A stretch of DNA of 64,000 nt from Penicillus capitatus. Its lineage: Eukaryota; Plantae; Chlorophyta. The position numbers and the translations under genes were made by a program. Positions 11,929 to 23,379 of the stretch are shown piece by piece. Location of the stretch: the NCBI GenBank assembly GCA_965649825.1, contig OZ287698.1, positions 201,949-265,948 of the forward strand, given 5' to 3'. How positions within the stretch are numbered: position 1 is the stretch's first letter; every line of letters starts with the position of its first letter. Below the pieces are notes generated by a model. It made no database searches, was not told where the DNA came from, and worked only from the letters and a program-made list of their open reading frames with translations.

Positions 11929-11986
11929 ATCGATCGTCGTTGACGGAAAAATGATCCAATTTTGCATCGGCGTCGTCCCAAAGGCG
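11929..11986. promoter_or_regulatory. Very short divergent interval between SAP18 and COX10 (putative bidirectional promoter / overlapping 5' UTRs)
   Basis: 58 nt lie between the inferred start codons (22 nt if the in-frame ATG at 11951 is used). Confidence 0.5.
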
Positions 11987-13483
11987 ATGTTCCGTACCCT
12001 TCTGCGCGAGTCCCTATGCCAAACGCGTCGTCTCGTGTCATGGCGGCAATGCCTCTGGCGATCGACCTTATCTCTACCCGAGTCCACCTACCAATGGCGA
12101 ACGTTGAGACAGAGATTTGGCGATTATAAAAAACTGGCCAAAGCAAAGCTCAGTACCTTTGTCGTATTCTCAGCCGGCACTGGCTTCGTCTTAGCTTCCC
12201 CTGACGAAATCGGTTCAGATCCCGCGGCCACGCATGTGACTTTTGAAGGTTGGCGGCTGTCGTGCAGAGTGGAGTAAGCTCGGCGCAACGGTTGTTGGTA
12301 CGTTCGGCGCTGCCGCCAGTGCCAATGCTCTGAATCAAATCTACGAGAAGGAACGCGATGCCCTGATGCTGCGCACTCGATTGCGTCCATTGCCATTGGG
12401 TCGTCTATCAGTCCCCCATGCGATGGTCTTTGCTCTCGCATCGGGTTGCCTCGGTCTCACTCTTCTGTCACATCACGTCACAGCCCATTTCACAATCACA
12501 CTTTTTGACACGACATGTCTGTAGACCAACGCGGTCGCCACGACATTGGCAGCCAGTAACATCCTGCTGTACGCTGGCATTTACACACCGCTCAAACAGG
12601 TCACACATCTCAACACGTGGATCGGTGCGATTGTCGGCGCCATTCCTCCTCTCATCGGGTGCGTCCCTCTCCCTGATCTCCGCCTCGGCATCGATCGGAT
12701 CCCGATGCAGATGGTCTGCCGCATCGGGGTCGTTAGATCCGGGAGCGTGGCTGCTGTTCTCTGCCCTGTACTTCTGGCAGATTCCACACTTTCTCGCATT
12801 AGCCTGGACCTACAAAGCCGACTACATCCACGCAGGTAACGACCACGTCAGCAAGGTCCCATCACAGAGATGCTGCCTTATGTATGGATCACAGGATTCT
12901 GTATGATGTCGAAACTGGATCCTAACGGAAAGCGACTGGCGGCCTGCGCCTTCCGTAACTGCATCTACCTCCTCCCCCTGAGCTTTCTCTCCGCCTACCT
13001 CGGCGTAAGGCGATGAATAAAAGAGTGAGATTCTGAGTGTGACCGATAGCTTCTGTGTCTATCTAGATCACGACGCATTGGTTCTCCTACGAGTCCTTTT
13101 TCATGACAATGGGATTTGCCCTTTCGGCATCGACCTTCTATCAGAGGCCCACTAAGCAGTACTCGAGGACGCTCTTCCGTTCCAGCATCGTATACCTGCC
13201 TCTCTATCTGCTGGCTCTTCTTTATCATCGACTTCCTGCTTCGGCGCATCTCACATGGGGCCAGCTGATGGATGTGCTCAGACAGGGATGGCGTCGATCA
13301 CGAGATGCTGTCACATCATTTCCGGATTTAGAAGATGATCTTTCGGATCAACATCTGGCGCTCTTTGCGCCATTCCCTTTTGTTCCGCTGCCCACTGCCT
13401 CAACGCCCTCATCGTTTTTGTGGGAAGGATTGGATGACGTCATTCAAGAGTTTGACCAAAAGTCAAGAAACGCACTTGTATGA
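11987..13483 (+). CDS. COX10: Protoheme IX farnesyltransferase (heme O synthase), mitochondrial
   Basis: [80 protein letters not shown] and [20 protein letters not shown]. Confidence 0.95.
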
Positions 13484-13717
13484 CCCATTGGCAGGCAGAC
13501 GCCTCTCCTCGACGCCTGTCGTATGTTCGTTCGTGCGTTCGTTCGCGTGTGTAATGTTTTGATTAAGACCTCCGCGGCGTCGTCGTCCTCCTGCGATATC
13601 GATTACCCGTTTCCAGCAAAGCTGCTTACTCGACGCGTCGTTTCTGCTGTGTCTCGTGTCTCTGGTCGTCGGGTCGTGTGATATCTTCTTTTCATCTGTG
13701 AAGTTGGTTGTTGATTG

Positions 13718-14300
13718 ATGATGGTCGGCAAATCAGGATTGCGACGCAGTTCAGGGGGACCTTGCAGCCATTGCTCTGTCACAGTGACGCCGTGTTGGCG
13801 CAAAGGACCACCCGAAAAACCGATTCTCTGCAACGCATGCGGTGCCCGGTATCTGGTCAAACGTACGTTGGACGGATATATGCCTGGTCAACGGAATGGA
13901 GCGCCGACACGACATAAACGAACCAATACACGCGAGAGAAAAAACGACTCTTCCAGTAGCGAAGTGGATCCATTTGAGCCACCACGAACGAACAAACACA
14001 CAAAGCAAGACCCCGAGCACCACCCATGCAGCAGCACTGCATCCGCCATCAACACCTGTAGGGTGCTCGAGATCGCCAGCCGTCATCGCAGTTTGCGTTC
14101 CTATCACACATCAACAGAAACGGTAGATCACTTGAGTGGTGGTATGGATGATGGAGTGACGGTGCGTCGGCTGTGTATAGGGATGTTTGGAGAATAAGGC
14201 ACGTATGGCAGCCTGTACATTAGCACTGCTGCGTTGTACGGCTCTTTCTGCATCTTCCCGCTCGTCCTCGTCATCTTCCTCCAAGTCCGTGCAGTACTGA
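13718..14300 (+). CDS. GATA-type zinc finger transcription factor
   Basis: C-x2-C-x18-C-x2-C ([27 protein letters not shown]) is followed by a basic region. The unspliced ORF stops at 14197; a 37-nt intron (14162-14198) would extend it to TGA 14298-14300. The 3' end is uncertain. Confidence 0.8.
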
Positions 14301-14972
14301 GCTGATGAAGCAGTACGATGAGATCGATCGACTGAGTGCGTTCCTACGATCGATCTTCGCCGACGCCGTTGTCGCCATAACAAAAATATAGAGACTCCTT
14401 CCTCTACGCAAGGAGCATCTATCACCAAGATGGCACTCTCGATGGAGCAAAGGTGTTTTTACTTCTTTTTGCATCCTAGAGTTCTTAGATCTTGGCATTT
14501 TGAATAAACCCATGTGTCAATGGGAAGTTAAGGAGACCAGTTCAGTCGTGTCCACGAGAGGGGTTCCCGATCTTGCTCCATTCATTCTGTTTTGTTTCAG
14601 TTTTTGATATCTGTCTCGTCGTAGGAGTCCCCTTCATCATAATAAAAATGCCGAACGTGCATTGGGGATGCAGCATCCGTGCGACACAGGAACTGCCCAC
14701 CACACACACAAACATTCCTCATCATTGATTCTGTCTCGTTGTTGTCGTTGTCGTTGTTGTTTTGATAATCGTTTTGATGGACTCTCTGAACTGGGGAAGT
14801 AGCTCTCTTCTTTTTCGGTTTTGGGCGCGGGAGAGTAGAGAACCAACAGATAGACATGCACTGCCATGAAGACAGATGCTGTCCAATTGCTTTATTTATC
14901 TTGTAAGAATGCATAAGGAGTCATTCCAATGAACTGAGTCAAACGAACGAACACACGCACGCACGCACGCAC

Positions 14973-17900
14973 TCACTTGCCAAACTGTAAGCAGTGCTTG
15001 ACAGCTGACTGTCGCACACGCCGCCTCTCGTCATCCAATCTCAGCATCAACTCCCTTCGCACCTAATACATTTTGATCTAGTTGATCATCGAAGACATGT
15101 AGAGTGGCGGCGCGCCTCTCACTTTTTTCTCATAGTGCTGGTTGTCTTCCATCGTGAGGATCCTTCGAAATGCAGTCATCATACACGACATGGCCTGGAT
15201 GCGCACTTCTGCGTCTCTTTCATAGGACACAGATCCAGTCACAGTCTCCATCGTCTCGTTCTTGAAGCATCTTGCACGACAGACAAGGTTCATGTCTTCG
15301 ATGTCATCCACCAGTCATGCTCACTTGAACATCTCTGACGCCTGTGTTGCGTCCAACAGACCAGAGAGCACGGCGAGCGTGGAGATGAGAAGTGGATCGG
15401 TATGCAGATGCATCGTCGTCTGCGTTGTGTGGAGAAGTTCAATGAGCTTCAGCATCCAGGGTACGATGTTCTGCCCTTCCATCTTGACAAACGCTGCAGC
15501 AGACAGGTGCGATGAGAAGACATGCTGTCTGTCACGCACCATCGGCTGCCCCACGGATGAGCGATCCAAACGCCAAGAGGCTTCCTTCGAAACAGCATTT
15601 CTCTTCCAGTCTTGGGAGGATGGTCTTCAGACAGAGGGTAAATGCACGCTGTCGGTGGATAGGTGTCTGCCACACATCGCTGCCTTCGATGGTGTCATCA
15701 CACATCGTCACGTGTTCTCCGTGGCTGTCCGATACGATAAACGGAATGCCGGTGTTCACAAGACCTCTGCCGGATGACATTGTATGACTCTCCCGATGCC
15801 AGAACGCATGGAGGATCTCGCACAGACAAGGCAAAACGCTTTCGATGGCGAGGAGACACGTCTTGTATGAGCATGGGCTGCTGATGACCGCTTTGAGACA
15901 GGCACAGCTCAGCATGGCCAATCCGGATATGCCATCTGTCTTTTCGGCTATGGACGCCGCTAGTGCTCTCCCTAGACTCTCCATACATGTCTGCTGAAAA
16001 TCCTCTGCTCTGCCGACATCGCTCTTCAGCAGGCGGAATCCGGCAGCAGAAGCAGCTTGGAAGGACAGACTGGGTTTGTTCTTGCCGTGTTCGCTGTCTT
16101 CTAAGGCAGATGCTGAATTGATGCATTCGGCAAAGAAGAGCAAGGCTGTGTTTGTATCGGCCAACGCATGATGGACATGCTTCAGTCCACAGAACACGGC
16201 AAACTTCCACACAAGAGGCCGCCCACCGACCTTCTTCCGCGATACCTTCTCAAACACCTCTACACAAGACAGGGAGAGAATGTCATGGAGGTGTTTCTCT
16301 CCCTCTCGACGTGCCTTTCTGCTTGAGATCGTCAGCTCTCTGCATCAAGGAAGAAAGCAAGAGGCGAAGCTCTTCCAGTAAGTCAAGAGACAGATTTCTG
16401 CCCGTGCTTTCTTTAATCGATGTCTCTTCTGTCAGAGCTGCCGAAGCATCCTCCTTCGATCCGTCATCATTGCTCAGGACGAATGTGATGAAGATGTCCA
16501 ACAGCAAATGTGTGATGGCCATATCCGTTGTCTCTTGCGAAGCCAGCAACTCAGTTCTCAAGAAATGCAGAACGGATGTGACAAAGCCCTACACCAGACA
16601 GACATGGGCGCGTCATCCACACATCACACTTTCGCATATGTGTGACCTGATTTCGACGATCGATGGATGCCAGTGTCAGCCAATGCTGCAGATGGTCGGC
16701 CACGTGGACCAACAACTGACGTCTGCTGCTTTCGCCTGTAGATGCCACGATGGATAAGATTCCGAAGGACAAGTCTCCAGGCGTCTCCGATTCGCCCGTG
16801 TATACGTGCTTGGAGGAACTCTCAGAGTGACCGTCCTTCGGAAGCAGATGTAGTATGCAAAGACGTCTCCATTCCTCACGCATCTGCACGGCTCTCTCTT
16901 TTGGTCGATCGGCATACAGCATGAACCGTAGGATGGCCAATACGGTGGTCTGCTCTGAGACTGAAGCATCGGCCGCCCAATCTGTGTCCAACGGAACGCC
17001 ATCAGCCAGGCATGAAAACAGGATCGTCGATCTGACCTGCTAGTCGAGAAAGAATCGATTGTGTTTGGGATATCCCATCGGCATCGGGGAGAAAACTGAG
17101 GTGCAGATTCAGATAGAGCAGATCGAGGCTTAACAGCGACATGGTCGAAATCAGGCCTGTCGATCGCACCTCTTTCGTCTGTTCTGTATCCTTCTCGATA
17201 TCTGTTGGCACCAGATCAGAGGGGAGAGGGGATGCGTGCCACAGTACTTGACAAGAGGAGCAATGCAGATGAGAAAAGCTCGCCCAGCGGTTTGAAAACG
17301 GTCGTCAGCAAACTGCCCGAATCCTCCTTTTCATGAAGGATGTGACACAGTTCATGAAAGGTCTCGTGCAGGACACGGATATACCGATGCACAGGACTGG
17401 CATGTCTACTCGATTCGATCCCTGTACAGAACAGTGCAACACAGAGATGAGGGTCGATGAAGGAATCATGTACCGTGACCTGCAGGCCGAGATCGCCATT
17501 CCTCATAAACCGTGCTCAAATCCTGCATGAGCGGATGCAGTATGCTGCCTATAGACTTGAGTATGGAGCGCCGGCTCATCCATGTCACCTAGGCCGATGA
17601 CGTGACGGCATGCGTCCAGCAGCGCCATCCGTGCTCACTTTTTTCAGCAGAATGACTCCTGGATCATCTAGAAGATCCCCCATCGTCTGATCCAGACCAT
17701 CCACATTCCTCAGTTTACGACGCACGTCCCGCACGTGTTCGTCTGTGAAGACGAGGTCTGGGAACAATTCAGCCTCTACTCCCTGCACATCTCCCCCATG
17801 TCTGCATCAACAGATGATGTGACAGGCGTCTACTGCTTCTGCATCGACTTGGCAGAGCGATTGGACAGTTTGGATGGCCACGTGCTGTAGCTCACTGTCT

Positions 17901-19143
17901 AGATCTGCCCTATCTGCAAAGATATGTCTCTTCATCTCCGACCACAGAGATCCGAAATACTCCGACAGGATCTCCACAGGAAACTTCGCAGCTCCGCACT
18001 GCAAACACTCGAATGCACTCCGTATCGCCACCCTTCTAGAATCTTCTGCACCAGTAGGGAGACTTGATGGTCATCACCTGTGATCCGATGTCAGTTTCTC
18101 AAGTACGAGCGGCAAACAGTATTCAGCGAATGCTGCTGTACACGTCATGGCTGCATGGAGTCCATCGGTCAGCACTTTGGAAGTGACAACCGTCTGTTCC
18201 TCCATGACAAAATCGTCTACACCAAACGCGGCAGTCCTTCTGGCGATACAGAATGGAGAATGCCTGTGTCTGTTATGGGAAAGTAGCACGAGACGACATC
18301 GAAAAGCTCTTCCGCAGCTTCCTCGATGGCAGATGTCTTTTTCAAGAGCTCCACTGTGGAAGGGATGATTTTGAAGACGGTCAGCAGACAGCGCGGATCT
18401 TTTTCGCCATCGATCGATCCCACAATCCACTCCACCAGATTCAGATCCTTCCGCTCTCGACAGATCTTCTCTCCCATTTCCTGAAGCTCTCTTCCAGAGA
18501 AGAGCTCTGCCTAAGCGATTCGCGATACCGTGTCAAGGAGCCGATGGAGGAGCTGAAGTGCGACGACACGTTGCGACGACCGAAGAGATGGCACATCGAT
18601 CGAGGCAACGACGGTATCCACCAATACCAGCAAAGCTTCCACTTGGAGAGGCGATGGATGGGGAAGGGCAGAGACCATTGCCAGACATCCATGCAATCCA
18701 CTCATCATACAAGACCTAGTCGGGATGGTATGCCAGCAGCCAGAGGGTGTCGAGATCGGACCAATCACGAAGACGCGATGCAAAAAACGTCGCCAGAATG
18801 AGAAGCTGCTCGGAAGCTAGCGACTGCAAAGACGGTTCCACCACCTGAAGCGTACTCTGTCAGCAGGCACCTGTCATGAGTGGTATACAGACTTGTATGA
18901 GGACAGCGCACAGAGGGTCCCTCTTTTGGACATCTGCTTTAGATAGCGCATCCTCCAGGGCTTCAATCTGATCAGGAGAAGGCGTTGGCTTCTTGTGGAG
19001 AGATTTTCTACCGATGGACGGTATCTTACGAGTCGTTCGATCGAAAGGTCTCCTTTCTGAAGGGATTGCTGCAGTGACAGTATCGTCTCGCTGTTGTCTT
19101 CCTCTCGCAGGGCGCAGTGAAAAGCGCGGGTCACATCAGCCAT
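14973..19143 (-). CDS. MMS19: MMS19 (MET18) cytosolic Fe-S assembly / DNA repair HEAT-repeat protein, many exons
   Basis: The N-terminus contains WIVGSIDGEKDPRCLL and ELFDVVSCYFPIT; the C-terminus reads EVRIQAMSCM and LRLDDERRRVRQSAV...*. Both match the MMS19 N- and C-terminal domains. Confidence 0.9.
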
Positions 19144-20793
19144 GATGCTCACGCGCAATCAGGGAGGGAACTGTCAAAGACATGCGCCCCTTGTGATATG
19201 TGACGTTCTCAAGGGTATGATGGGGGATGAGGCCGATGCCAAGTTGCATGGGCAATCTCTGACGTGCACCTCACACTCAAGTCTGTGACATCTTGGCTTC
19301 TCACTGTTGGGGACGCCAATGAGCTGTCGTGTCCGTACGGTCTGTCCTGGGGAACACGTCGGACAGTCGTGCGCCTTCGTCGGTGCGGAACCGTCGTCTT
19401 CGCATACGTGCGTAAAAAATTGCGCCTTCAGTAGAACGATTGGCCAGTTTCTGTCAGAAATTCGTGAGCCGTTGGACGCCTCGCCACATACACAGTATAT
19501 TTCTGTTATGGAAGACCCCTTGTACAGTAGACACATGCTTCGTCTCTGCCGTATTATTGTTATGTCTGTCCACATTCACCACCTGTCCTATTCATTTCTA
19601 TGAAGTTTTCAGAGTATTCTTATCTTCGGTACACAAAGTTAATGCCTTCTGGAATCTCGGTCACCGTGTTCGCCATGCATCTCTCCGTTCTTGTGCATAA
19701 AAAATTTAACTTGACAACGAACGCCGCAGAGCGCAGATGAAGAGACAGTTCTCAAAGCAAGCTGTCGTTCAGCAATCTTTCATCGATGAATACATAAACC
19801 GACCCAACCGTCGAAGCAGGCATTAACACAGAAGACAATGGATTCTGAGTATCTACCTCCTGCTATCTGTTGTCATTCGGTCAAGCGCGTTTGGCATCGG
19901 CCATGGGTGCCGCGTAGTGAATATTTTAAAAGCCAAAACGTTTGACACCTAATTCATCATGAGTCTCTATTTAATGCTTCGATCGCAGCATCCCATCAGT
20001 TCTGTGTCTCGCATCGGACTGTCATCTTTCCGATCCCTCGTCACCAATGTGACAGCATGGTTCCGTACCATGAGGAGTTCACAATGTTCAGTGAGGTTCA
20101 CTTCCTCTGTGCAGCACGTTCAAAATCGCCATTGTCTGTGGTGTCGCAAGGCAAAGCCAACAAACAATGTTGCTCTCTTAAGATTTAGAATTGGTCGTGC
20201 TTACAGCCCCTTTTAGGTTAGACATCAGAAGCGCAACTGTGTTCAGTACAAGACCAACGATCGACAAGCACTGCGACAGAGATGACTAAGGAGAAGAATA
20301 AAATGTGTCTCTCTTAAGAGTTGTCGCGTAGAACAGCTTAACAGCGAGAGCTTCATCTTCTTTCTCGCGCGATGCCTGTTGTCAAGATGCATCTTCTGAA
20401 TTCGTCAGACGCCAGCAATGTCCAACCATTCACGACTGTTCTGTCGTAAAGATGTCGGCACACTGCCCTCCCACATCATGAATTGACTGGAGACGACAGT
20501 GTTGAGGATCGCTGTTGCGATTCGGTGCAGTAATCCGTGCTAGATAACAAATCTAAGCGGATAGGTGCATGGATATTATCGTCTATTGTGCAAGGCAGTA
20601 TTTGCCCTGAGGTATCTACTTGGCACTTATAACAAGAGGCATCGTTTCGACTGTTTTACTCGGCCAGCAGTTGATCATCAATGTCACAACGCATGGAGAC
20701 TTAATAAAGGTGCCATAATGATAATGGACATGTTCGAGAAAAAACAGCAAAATCTGCCAGAAGACAAAGAAATTTGCAACTTCCTCAGCCGCC

Positions 20794-21046
20794 TTAGTCT
20801 CCTCCGTTACCTCCACCATTCCCGCCTCCGTTACCTCCACCACCATTCCCTCCTCCGTTTCCGTCTCCACCTCCATGGCCACCGTAGTCACCACCACCAC
20901 CACCACCACCTAGAAAGAAATTTGAATTGTTCTTTTCGTAAGTAAAGAACGGCAGTTGCTAGATGGATTGTTGGATCACCTGCGCTTGTCGTCCTGGATC
21001 TACCTCCGCGATCCTCGGTCATTTCTTTGCCGCAACACGCACCCAT
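20794..21046 (-). CDS. 60-aa glycine-rich peptide with an N-terminal myristoylation/palmitoylation-like MGACCG motif
   Basis: Exon 1 (21046-20980), a 70-nt GT-AG intron (20979-20910) and exon 2 (20909-20794) give MGACCGKEMTEDRGGRSRTTSAGGGGGGGDYGGHGGGDGNGGGNGGGGNGGGNGGGNGGD*. Confidence 0.6.
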
Positions 21047-21355
21047 GGTAAACAGATTCAACACAGGGCACGTCCAATTCCACCGCTTAACTCTCTTGCG
21101 GTTGTTCGCCGACTTGAAATGGAAACGCACCAAAGATAGACAAATACCAAAACACCACAGGCTTTAACGGAATCCCACACATCCATGTCTAAATGAATGC
21201 ATCTGTTTACCATTTCCGGGATTTGTTCGTGTCTCAATGACCACCATTGTCTCTCATCGCATCTCACAGCGACCCCTCGCGGTTCTCGCCTTGTTGCGCG
21301 TTCACCTGGTAACCCGTTTCCGGTCGACGCTTAGAAACCGGATAGAGAGAAATCG

Positions 21356-21835
21356 ATGCGAAGCCGAAGTCCATACGTCCCATCACGCTCGCCGATGTCG
21401 AGTGAGAGCGAGGAGTTCGACGTTCCCAGCGACGCAGCGTTGCTGTATGATCCCTTATCCGACGACCGAGATGCGCAATGGGTGGGGAAAATGCGAAAGG
21501 GACGAAGCTCTGATGCCATACTGAGCTGTCCGTGCTGTTTCGTCACCCTCTGCGTCGACTGTCAGCACCACGACTCTCAGCAAAACCGTTACCGAGCCAT
21601 GTTCGTCATGAACTGCAAGGTCACACATCTCACTCACCTATGCCGTCACATCAGCCTCCATCCTCAGGTTATGACAAACGAAAAGGAATCCCTTTGTCGA
21701 TCCAATGCCGCTCGTGGTCGCATGGCCGAGAGTGAGGGATGCATTGTAAAGTGTGAGAAGTGTGAGTGTGAGGTTGGGTTCTACGATGCAGATGAAGTGT
21801 ATCATTTCTTTAATGTGTTACCAAGTACTGCCTGA
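21356..21835 (+). CDS. EAPP: E2F-associated phosphoprotein (Eapp_C domain)
   Basis: LLYDPLSDDRDAQWV, SDAILSCPCCFVTLCVDCQHH, YRAMFVMNCK|V, CEKCECEVGFYDADEVYHFFNVLPS*; one in-frame intron. Confidence 0.9.
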   Translation: MRSRSPYVPSRSPMSSESEEFDVPSDAALLYDPLSDDRDAQWVGKMRKGRSSDAILSCPCCFVTLCVDCQHHDSQQNRYRAMFVMNCKVTHLTHLCRHISLHPQVMTNEKESLCRSNAARGRMAESEGCIVKCEKCECEVGFYDADEVYHFFNVLPSTA

Positions 21836-21844
21836 ACGGCACGG

Positions 21845-22747
21845 TCATGACATTGGCCAAAAACACGCAACACACAAACCCAGCACAGCGCCGCCGACGA
21901 CCTACATCGATCCTTTCGTTGAATGACGGACGTCACATCAAAGATGGGTCACACTTCGCGTCGGGAGTGACCCAGTACTTCCTTCAGCGTGGTTTGATCT
22001 CCCATCTCCGAACGCAATCCAGACACCAGCTGATTGAGGATCTTTGCTTGATATCCTTTGCGCAGCAAAAGAGTGAGAATATGTGTGACCACGCTTTGAT
22101 GTGGCACACCTGCATGTCGACGGATACCTGCCGCATCGTACATAACGATAGCACTGAAGCAGAAGGCCATAGCAAAGAGAGGACTTCCCAAACCTTGCTG
22201 CAGTGCCACAGATGTGGTCACAGCCTAGAGGGATGATCATCAAGAGTGAGAAAAAGAGTGAGATGGCCTTACGACACAAGCAGAGGAATGAGAGGAGGGC
22301 ATACCTCCCGACATCACCAGCGATCTCAGATCAAACCGTCCGTTTCTTATGTACTCCGTGAAGAGCTATTCTTGACATCGACACCTCAGCCAGTCCATCG
22401 CTCTCACTCTTTTCTCAGTACCTTGAGCAGCTGCGCGGCGGCGCACGATATGAATCCGGTCACCAGGATTCGGTTATTCGGCAGATCACTCCATCCATTC
22501 CCGGGCAGCGTCGGAACAGACAACGACGCCAAGGTCACACACATCCTCCTAACACCAATGTCGCCGCTGAGGCTTTTGTCCACAGACAGCGCCCGGTCGA
22601 CCTATCCGGTCTCGTGTTTTTCGCAAATGGCCGATTCGCATGGCGCGGCAGAAGACAAGGCGTCTGTCGATGCGGGATCCTTCCAAAGAACCGCCCGTTG
22701 TCGCGATCGACGCAGTGCGTGGACCGAAGAGAGAATACAGCTGGCAT
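21845..22747 (-). CDS. Acid phosphatase / vanadium-dependent haloperoxidase-related protein (DUF212)
   Basis: AQLLK|LFT, SGGMPSSHSS, IVMYDAAGIRRHAG, AKILN and LKEVLGHSRRE|VVGGAVLG. The start is uncertain. Confidence 0.9.
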
Positions 22748-22863
22748 TGATGCGTCTCTACGTCGGTGATGCGCAGTAGATGATCATTTCCAATACGTTT
22801 TATGCATTTTCCGTTGTGATTCATCAAAACAACAACTTCAGCGGAAAATACTGAAGAAATCTG

Positions 22864-23272
22864 ATGAAGCTCTTGGGCGTGTTAGCGTTTGCGTTCGTTT
22901 TGGCGATGATAATCGGAAACGGCGGTGCTCAGAATTGTGTTGACAACATCAGGGGCAACGGTCCGTGCGCCTGCACAACGACCGGACGCTTCGACAAAAA
23001 CACCAAAGTTTTCGACACAAATGACAACAGAGACGAGACGACCGATACGGGGGCGAGGGGCTGTGGCAGACACGTGGGAGACGACTGTTTCTGTTATGTC
23101 AAAGACCGCGACAGTTGCAGAAGGAGAATCAACAACGGCAGAGAAGACGACAGACTCAGGTCCTCCACACACGTTGCCCCCACTCACCTACACCTCTGTC
23201 CTCTCTAGAGCCTCGGATATCCAAGATAGCACGGATTACGATGGCGTGGGCTTCCGTGGATGCCCCGTATAA
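22864..23272 (+). CDS. 119-aa secreted 8-cysteine protein of unknown family
   Basis: Signal-peptide-like MKLLGVLAFAFVLAMIIGNGGA. Removing a 49-nt GT-AG intron (23160-23208) restores the frame to TAA 23270-23272. Cys pattern includes CAC, GCG, CFCYV and FRGC. Confidence 0.7.
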
Positions 23273-23379
23273 AAAATTATCCTCGTTGGGAGAGGGGGGG
23301 CTGGAGCAGTCAGCTGTCGGTTTTCTGTACGTTGTCCCTGTGCCATAGTGTGAAGATGTTCTTATCCGCTGTTTTCTTT

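Noticed and set aside
14301-14914. Acidic and Asn-rich minus-strand ORFs between GATA and MMS19
   Set aside because: Low-complexity, with no coherent exon chain. More likely overlapping 3' UTR sequence.
14950-14976. (GCAC)n microsatellite; also (AGAC)n near 28272-28291
   Set aside because: Ordinary short simple repeats in a UTR or intron, with no further structure.
19174-20560. Cys-rich 133-aa ORF and neighbouring short ORFs
   Set aside because: The Cys/His spacing fits no zinc-finger I know, and I could not build a supported gene model.
20565-20945. Poly-His ORF (+) and poly-Val/Glu ORF (20616-20909, -)
   Set aside because: Both are alternative-frame readings of the GGN repeats of the spliced glycine-rich gene.
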